Origin: Okeania sp.
Lineage (GTDB): Bacteria; Cyanobacteriota; Cyanobacteriia; Cyanobacteriales; Microcoleaceae
Direction of reading: 5' to 3'
DNA: 20,803 nucleotides
NCBI RefSeq assembly: GCF_035285525.1
Contig: NZ_JAYKGW010000143.1
Coordinates: forward strand, 1 to 20,803
The position numbers were made by a program, and so were the translations under genes. Below the pieces are notes generated by a model, which was not told the DNA's origin, did no database searches, and worked only from the letters and a program-made list of their open reading frames with translations. Each line of letters begins with the position of its first letter. Position 1 is the stretch's first letter. Shown piece by piece: positions 15,808 to 20,803 of this stretch.

Positions 15808-16677
15808 TTAAACTTCGCTTTCTTCTGAATCAGATTTTACGGAGTCTACATCTATTACTGGTTGAGATTTTACCCCATCAATTTTTTCCTTAGCTTCCGT
15901 GGTTAGTTGTTTCATTTTGGTAGTAAATTTCTCCGTATTTGTCTGAATTTTCCTATTTATTTCATTAGTTTGAAAATCTTCTACTTTTTCTTGAGCTTGT
16001 TTTTTGACTATTTCAGCTTTTTCTTGAGCTTGTTTTTTCACTTCTATAGCCTTTTCTTGAATTCCTGAAGCTAATTTTTTAGCTTCACTTCGGGCGATAT
16101 CAATATGTTCTCTAGTCTTGACTAAATCTTCTTGGAGAAAGTTCTGAAATAAACCTAATTTTTTAGCAACTCCTTCAGTATAACACTCAGGATTTTCTAC
16201 AGCACTATTCACCACTATTACTCGTTTTTTACCAGTGCTAGAAATTACTTCTGGAGCTAGTAAATAAATACCATCTAAAACACCTTGCCAACCATTAGAT
16301 TTAAACAAATAATGAACTACCGCACCTGTTTTAATATTGAGAATATATTCCACAATAGAACCTACTTTTTCCCCAGTATCAGTCAAAACTTCATTACCAA
16401 TAATATTGATAGTATTATTCTCTTTTTCCCAATTATCTGGTTGTGGTTTGTCATTAACTAGAATAGCATCAGTACCTATAGTTTCAATTTGCGTCCAAGC
16501 AAAATATTTTTTTTGTTTACCTAAGAAACCAGACTGACAAATAAAACCTATAACTTGATGAGATTGAGGATCAAGGCATAATTCTTTGATATAACCTTGC
16601 TCTTCAACTGTTTCACGGTCAAGCACTAATCTTTTGAGAAGTTGACTATGCTTGATTAATTCTGATATTTCATTCAT
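15808..16677 (-). CDS. PRC-barrel domain protein (two PRC-like barrels plus a Lys/Glu-rich coiled-coil tail)
   Basis: 289 aa. LVLDRETVEEQGYIKELCLDPQSHQVIGFI and VLTDTGEKVGSIVEYILNIKTGAVVHYL fit the PRC-barrel pattern. The tail contains an 11-aa repeat, VKKQAQEKAEI/VKKQAQEKVED, encoded by a 33-nt tandem duplication near 15990-16055. Confidence 0.7.
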   Translation of the reverse strand: MNEISELIKHSQLLKRLVLDRETVEEQGYIKELCLDPQSHQVIGFICQSGFLGKQKKYFAWTQIETIGTDAILVNDKPQPDNWEKENNTINIIGNEVLTDTGEKVGSIVEYILNIKTGAVVHYLFKSNGWQGVLDGIYLLAPEVISSTGKKRVIVVNSAVENPECYTEGVAKKLGLFQNFLQEDLVKTREHIDIARSEAKKLASGIQEKAIEVKKQAQEKAEIVKKQAQEKVEDFQTNEINRKIQTNTEKFTTKMKQLTTEAKEKIDGVKSQPVIDVDSVKSDSEESEV

Positions 16678-16849
16678 AACTTGATTCCTAATACAGAGTT
16701 TTGATAATATTTTAGTTGAAAATGTTACAATTTATGGAAAGATTATTTCTGACCAAAAAATAAGGTCTCAACCCTCTGGCAACAGTTGTGGGATACTGAT
16801 AACTGAATTAATCTTTTTTCCAAAATCAGACGATTCATTAAACAAATTA

Positions 16850-17284
16850 TTAAAATGTTGTATCTTCGAGAAAGTCTGGTTCTCGAGATTCCCGATTCAA
16901 TACTTCTTTTAATAACTCAGTTTCAAATTTATCTAAACCATTTTGATAATTGTGCTTTTGTTTAAAATTAACCTCCTTTGATTGATCATCTAGATATATA
17001 GCAATTTTGGGTCCAGTAGGAGCTAAATTAACGATCAACCCATTAACGACTTTAACTTTCTTAATAGGTTTACCATTAATATATGTACCATTGCTACCTA
17101 AATTAATAATTTCCCAACCACTATGATTAGTTTTTAATTCCAGATGATGACGAGAAACTACAGAACTATAAATAACCACATCATTATCTGGGGAACGCCC
17201 AATTTTAATAACAGGTTGATCATCAAAAGTCCAACTTTTGATTGGCATAGATTGAAGTGGGTGTAGCAGTATTAGTTTCATCAC
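16850..17284 (-). CDS. Small FHA-domain protein
   Basis: 144 aa. The FHA signature is IKIGRSPDNDVVIYSSVVSRHHLEL...NLGSNGTYINGKPI. The listed start is GTG at 17284, immediately followed by ATG at 17281. Confidence 0.85.
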   Translation of the reverse strand: MMKLILLHPLQSMPIKSWTFDDQPVIKIGRSPDNDVVIYSSVVSRHHLELKTNHSGWEIINLGSNGTYINGKPIKKVKVVNGLIVNLAPTGPKIAIYLDDQSKEVNFKQKHNYQNGLDKFETELLKEVLNRESREPDFLEDTTF

Positions 17285-17604
17285 TTTTGCTATTTAATAT
17301 TTTGAGTAGAGCACCTAAGACCATTGTAGTTTATTTAAAACTTACTGAGTAGAGAAAGTCGGAAGTCTCGGAAGTGTGAAGAGTGTGGAGAGTATGGGAA
17401 GAAAGAGACAGCAAGAGGAATAATTGTTCCTTTATTTTTTTACCCTTGGTTTCCCTAAAATCCTAATTTTTTGGTAGTTATATTTGTAAAATTTGCACTT
17501 TTTCGCTATTGAAAAAAGAGATAACCTTTATCCGTAAGGACTTTAAAGTAGTAAGATTTGTGTACACAAATAAAATAGGATTGCTATATTAAAATTTTTT
17601 ATAT

Positions 17605-17654
17605 TAGAAAAAACAAAACTTGTAAATTAATGGGTTTAATGCCCATTAATTTAC
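17605..17654 (-). terminator. Intrinsic terminator downstream of the zinc-ribbon/FHA gene
   Basis: A perfect 13-bp stem is formed by GTAAATTAATGGG (17622-17634) and CCCATTAATTTAC (17642-17654) with a 7-nt loop. On the minus strand it is followed by AAGTTTTGTTTTTT. Confidence 0.6.
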
Positions 17655-17723
17655 TGGCAATTGATCTCACACCATAATCTTTGATTTAGTCTTCAGCATC
17701 TTGACATTCTAACTAAACTTGAG

Positions 17724-18551
17724 CTAAGAAACTTGAAATAGGAATGAAACTAAATCTCCTTTACCTAAAGATATCCGATCACCTGGCCTTAGCTTATGTC
17801 TATTTCCTTTGGTCAAAGGAGTATTGTTAACATAAGTACCATTAGAACTACCAGTATCTTCAAGATAATAAGCATCTGCTTCTACTCTAATATCAGCATG
17901 ACTACGAGAAACTACTTCAGAGTCAGGAAACCCTGAGACATCAATATCTGGTGGTACTTTGTCATTAGGTTTACCAATATGAATCACAGATAAATTAACT
18001 GGCAACTCAATGCTTGTATCTGTTCTGATATGAAGCAACTGAGCAGATTGTTGTTGCAACTGGGTCTTTGCTGGAACTACTATTCCTCCATTGGGAGATG
18101 GAGAACTTACTGCTGGGGTAGCAACAGGTGTACTAACGGCATTGATATTTGGTAACGGTTCCTGTTCTACAACAGGAGCTGGAGTATTAGGATTGCTAGA
18201 CTTTTCTAAGTTGATTTCACTAGACACCAAAGGTTCTGGTGCCACTAATGGTTCTGGTACATCTAGGTTAGGTATATCTACTGAAGGTACATCTATATCT
18301 GGTGCAGATGCAGGTGATACTACAGTTGGGATCACTGCTGGATTTGCTGGAGATGAAACTTGACTTTCCTCTGTCTCTGTACTAGCACTACCTTTTAGAT
18401 CAAAACCGCATTGACCACAAAAGGCAGCGTCAGTTTGAACTATTGCTGCACAGTGAGGACAATTTGTAGTTACTGGTAAGGGAGTATAGCAAGCTTCACA
18501 TTGGGTTGCTCCATCAGGGTTCTGATGATTGCAATTAGGACAAACAATCAT
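17724..18551 (-). CDS. fraH: FraH-like protein: N-terminal double zinc ribbon, Pro-rich linker, C-terminal FHA domain
   Basis: The zinc ribbons are CPNCNHQNPDGATQCEAC and CPHCAAIVQTDAAFCGQCG. A Pro/Val/Ser-rich linker of about 110 aa follows. The FHA domain is IHIGKPND...VSRSHADIRV...DTGSSNGTYVNNTPL. GGAG lies 8 nt upstream of the ATG. This architecture matches what is described for Anabaena FraH. The gene symbol rests on architecture only. Confidence 0.8.
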   Translation of the reverse strand: MIVCPNCNHQNPDGATQCEACYTPLPVTTNCPHCAAIVQTDAAFCGQCGFDLKGSASTETEESQVSSPANPAVIPTVVSPASAPDIDVPSVDIPNLDVPEPLVAPEPLVSSEINLEKSSNPNTPAPVVEQEPLPNINAVSTPVATPAVSSPSPNGGIVVPAKTQLQQQSAQLLHIRTDTSIELPVNLSVIHIGKPNDKVPPDIDVSGFPDSEVVSRSHADIRVEADAYYLEDTGSSNGTYVNNTPLTKGNRHKLRPGDRISLGKGDLVSFLFQVS

Positions 18552-18717
18552 TTATCTTCTCCTTACTATCAGTTATTTCAGTTATCAACTAGCCTCCTGG
18601 GTCGGAACTGCCTCTTGCAGAGGAGCTTTCCTACGGAATGCTACGCAAGCGCTAACATTAACAGTATCTTCTATTTGAGTAAGAGACTGGAAATATTGAG
18701 GTTTACTTTATTACTCA

Positions 18718-18896
18718 TAGGACTAAACCCATGAACGCTATTGGTAGGGTGCGTTTTCCGCCCTTGAGCGGACATGTTTGCTTAGCAGTCCCTATACGAT
18801 AACGCTACGGGACATGAATGCGCTCACATTCCCTATACGAAAAAGCGGAGCATAACGCACCAATACCCTATATATAGTACCTTTGCGTAAGTTCTG
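18718..18896 (+). mobile_element. AGGACTTAC-family MITE, uninterrupted copy; 5-bp TSD ACTCA
   Basis: It runs from TAGGACTAAACCCATGAACGCTATTGGTAGGGTGCG to TTTGCGTAAGTTCTG. ACTCA flanks it at 18713-18717 and 18897-18901, and the right TSD contains the pgl stop codon (TCA is the complement of TGA). Confidence 0.75.
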
Positions 18897-18898
18897 AC

Positions 18899-19606
18899 TC
18901 AAATATTTATACCAGTTAATAACCATTGTAGTTCTCCTTGGGGTTGGATTAGGCGACTGGGATAATTCATATCATCAGCTTTTTCTGCAAATACCTGGTC
19001 TAATGCAGCTTGTTTATCTGCACCAGCTACTAGAAATATAACGCAACGGGCTTGATTAATTAACGGAACTGTGAAAGTTAATCGGGGTTGGCCATCTTTA
19101 TTGCCGACGCTAATTAGGCGATCGCTTACTTTCAAGGCATTTGTATAGGGAAAAAGGGAGGCTGTATGACCATCCCCTCCCATTCCGAGTAAAATCAAAT
19201 CCAAGCTGGGAAACTCCCCTGTCGGGACTTGAAAAAATTCCCGCAAATGAGCATCATGGTTTGAGGCATCAATTTCCGGGTCTCCCGCTCCTGTTGCCAT
19301 CGGATGAATATTGGTTGGTGGTATGGCTACTCCATCTAGCCAAGCTTCCCTGGCCATTTTTTGATTACTATCTGGGTGGTCAGGAGCTACATAACGTTCA
19401 TCGCCCCAAAAAACATGAATTTTGTCCCAAGCTAAATTTTGAGTGGCTATGGACTTATAAAGTGGTTTTGGAGTATTTCCACCAGCTAAAGCTATGGTAC
19501 ATTGGCCACGCTCTGCGATCGCCTGTTGAATTTTCCCCAAGCAAATGTCCAGAGCTTCTTCAATCAACTGTTCTTTGTTTTCTAGTAACTTAACCTGTTT
19601 GTTCAT
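18899..19606 (-). CDS. pgl: 6-phosphogluconolactonase
   Basis: Recognisable stretches are IALAGGNTPKPLY, HVFWGDERYV, DLILLGMGGDGHTASLFP and FLVAGADK. The ORF is open to TTG at 19642, but I prefer ATG at 19606 (MNKQVKLLENKEQL). Confidence 0.9.
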   Translation of the reverse strand: MNKQVKLLENKEQLIEEALDICLGKIQQAIAERGQCTIALAGGNTPKPLYKSIATQNLAWDKIHVFWGDERYVAPDHPDSNQKMAREAWLDGVAIPPTNIHPMATGAGDPEIDASNHDAHLREFFQVPTGEFPSLDLILLGMGGDGHTASLFPYTNALKVSDRLISVGNKDGQPRLTFTVPLINQARCVIFLVAGADKQAALDQVFAEKADDMNYPSRLIQPQGELQWLLTGINI

Positions 19607-19864
19607 TTGATTTGTGTTACAATTTAGATTATTTATACCCAATCAAGAGAGTTATTCTTTCTCCAGTTAGGTATCGAAACTATACTAAGGCAATCTGTCT
19701 TTAGACCTTCGTTTATTTTGTTACACTAATTTGCTAGCTAAATGTATTTTATTTATAGTAATTTAAAGAGTGATACAGCAATTTAGAGGATAGTTAAGTA
19801 CAAATACTAAAGATAAAACCTTTGTAACACAGCCTTCTAAGCTGTCTTATGTGTGGTTTATTGA

Positions 19865-20250
19865 CAGGACTTACTCAAAGGCACTATTATAGATAGATAA
19901 ATAGAACCCCTAACCGTATCTTTGCACGCGGTGTAGATTTTTGGCAAAGGAGACAGGAGCCAAACCACCCCTAACCCCAACCCTGGAGGGGAACTCAGGA
20001 GATAGATAAATAGAATAGGGAAAGAAAAATAGTCCCATATTCACCATCTCCTCATCTCCCCAGCTAATTTTATAGATCCGGTTAGGGGTTATATATAGCA
20101 TGTCGGTGCGTTACACTATCGCTTTTTCGTATAGGGACTGCGATCGCATTCATGTCACAGAGCGTTATCGTATAGGGACTGCGATCGCATTCATCTCCGC
20201 TCAAGGGCGGAAAACACACCCTACTAACAGGGTTCATGGCTTTAGTTTTG
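19865..20250 (-). mobile_element. AGGACTTAC-family MITE (inverted relative to 18718) carrying a nested insertion
   Basis: It runs from CAGGACTTACTCAAAGGCACTAT to GGTTCATGGCTTTAGTTTTG. It is flanked by ATTGA (19860-19864) and ACTGA (20251-20255). The interior has a tandemly duplicated CGTATAGGGACTGCGATCGCATTCAT, which contributes two HIP1 sites. Confidence 0.7.
19893..20093. mobile_element. Nested ~200-bp MITE with AACCCCTAACCG / CGGTTAGGGGTT termini; TSD TATAG
   Basis: It interrupts the host sequence ACTAT-TATAG-CATG. TATAG lies at 19888-19892 and 20094-20098. The terminal inverted repeats are AGAACCCCTAACCGTATCT and AGATCCGGTTAGGGGTTAT. Confidence 0.6.
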
Positions 20251-20579
20251 ACTGATATGAAATGTGCTGTAAATTTAGTATTAATTAATTTGTTAACTTT
20301 GGTTTGGGTTTGAATAACTTCTGAATATTCAACTGAATTTTCATGTTACTAAGAAAAAATCATATTTATCTCTGAATATTGACCTAAATAGAATTGTCAA
20401 ATATCTTCAGAAGAGAAATTTATAGCTTAGGTTAGAGCGGGAAATTTACGGTAGTTTTTTGATATTCTAGTTGTTTCAAATTAACCAGTAATTTTCAAAT
20501 AATTATATTCATTTAATTTAGTAGTATAATAATATTATTTACAGCAATTTCAGAGTTAGTGGGGTACAAAATAAAGTCT

Positions 20580-20803
20580 GGAAGTAAGTTCTAATATATG
20601 GTAACACAACCATCCTGGTTGTTACAGCCGGAAAGTAAGTTCTAAGATATGCTAACACAACCATCCTGGTTGTTACAGCCGGAAAGTAAGTTCTAATATA
20701 TGGTAACACAACCATCCTGGTTGTTACAGCCGGAAAGTAAGTTCTAATATATGGTAACACAACCATCCTGGTTGTTACAGCCGGAAAGTAAGTTCTAATA
20801 TAT
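20580..20803. repeat. Tandem array of 51-nt units (4 full plus 1 partial), truncated by the window edge
   Basis: Units lie at 20580-20629 (50 nt), 20630-20680, 20681-20731, 20732-20782 and 20783-20803 (partial). The consensus is GGAAAGTAAGTTCTAATATATGGTAACACAACCATCCTGGTTGTTACAGCC. Each unit holds the hairpin GTAACACAACC-ATCCT-GGTTGTTAC. There are no unique spacers. Confidence 0.9.

Noticed and set aside
12985-19593. Plus-strand ORFs 12985-13218, 16337-16537, 18091-18363, 18501-18734 and 19141-19593
   Set aside because: Each is antisense to, or overlaps the start of, a well-supported minus-strand gene (map, PRC-barrel, fraH-like, pgl). None has recognisable motifs.
19910-20101. 63-aa minus-strand ORF
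   Set aside because: It lies wholly inside the nested MITE at 19893-20093. It has no RBS and shows no family resemblance.
20539-20766. 75-aa minus-strand ORF (MVVLPYIRTYFPAVTTR repeated)
   Set aside because: It is open only because 51 nt equals 17 codons of a perfect tandem repeat. It has no ribosome-binding site and its ATG is embedded in the hairpin loop. Nucleotide-level hairpin symmetry points to a DNA/RNA-level feature. A repeat protein cannot be fully excluded, because the array continues beyond the window.
20580-20803. CRISPR array
   Set aside because: The whole 51-nt period is repeated almost identically. There are no unique spacers between repeats and no cas genes or leader-like features in the window.
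20580-20803. Identification of the array as the known heterocyst sRNA NsiR1
   Set aside because: The 51-nt unit seems too short to contain both a promoter and an sRNA of about 60 nt. The TCCGGA (DIF-type) motif is only approximated (GCCGGA/TCCGGC) and is wrongly spaced from any -10-like box. The flanking gene is also unknown. I kept NsiR1 only as a precedent.

Overview
This is an AT-rich chromosomal window that looks like it comes from a heterocyst-forming (Nostocales-like) cyanobacterium. The taxonomic call rests on at least nine copies of the HIP1 octamer GCGATCGC, heptamer tandem repeats (CTGATAA, GGGAACA/CTTGTTC) and a FraH-type zinc-ribbon/Pro-rich/FHA protein next to pgl.

Confident genes are polA (3' part), a HAMP histidine kinase, clpB, a PIN-domain gene, fdhD, a two-domain SNase-like nuclease, map, a solitary C5-cytosine DNA methyltransferase, a PRC-barrel protein, two FHA proteins (one FraH-like) and pgl.

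Almost every intergenic region is long and filled with miniature inverted-repeat elements (MITEs). I could define target-site duplications (TSDs) for two families, one with 8 bp and one with 5 bp, and there are two clear nested insertions.

The window also holds decayed toxin-antitoxin remnants, including two small partner genes that each carry an in-frame TAA. This suggests a repeat-invaded, partly eroding genome, but that is inference.

The items most worth follow-up are:
- a 51-nt tandem hairpin array that runs off the 3' edge of the window;
- the signal-peptide-less SNase plus OB-like nuclease, which is boxed in by MITEs;
- the orphan m5C methyltransferase, which has a MITE abutting its start;
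- the fraH-like/FHA/PRC-barrel gene row.

I found no complete, obviously novel multi-gene system. All calls rest on reading motifs by eye; no database or HMM search was possible.
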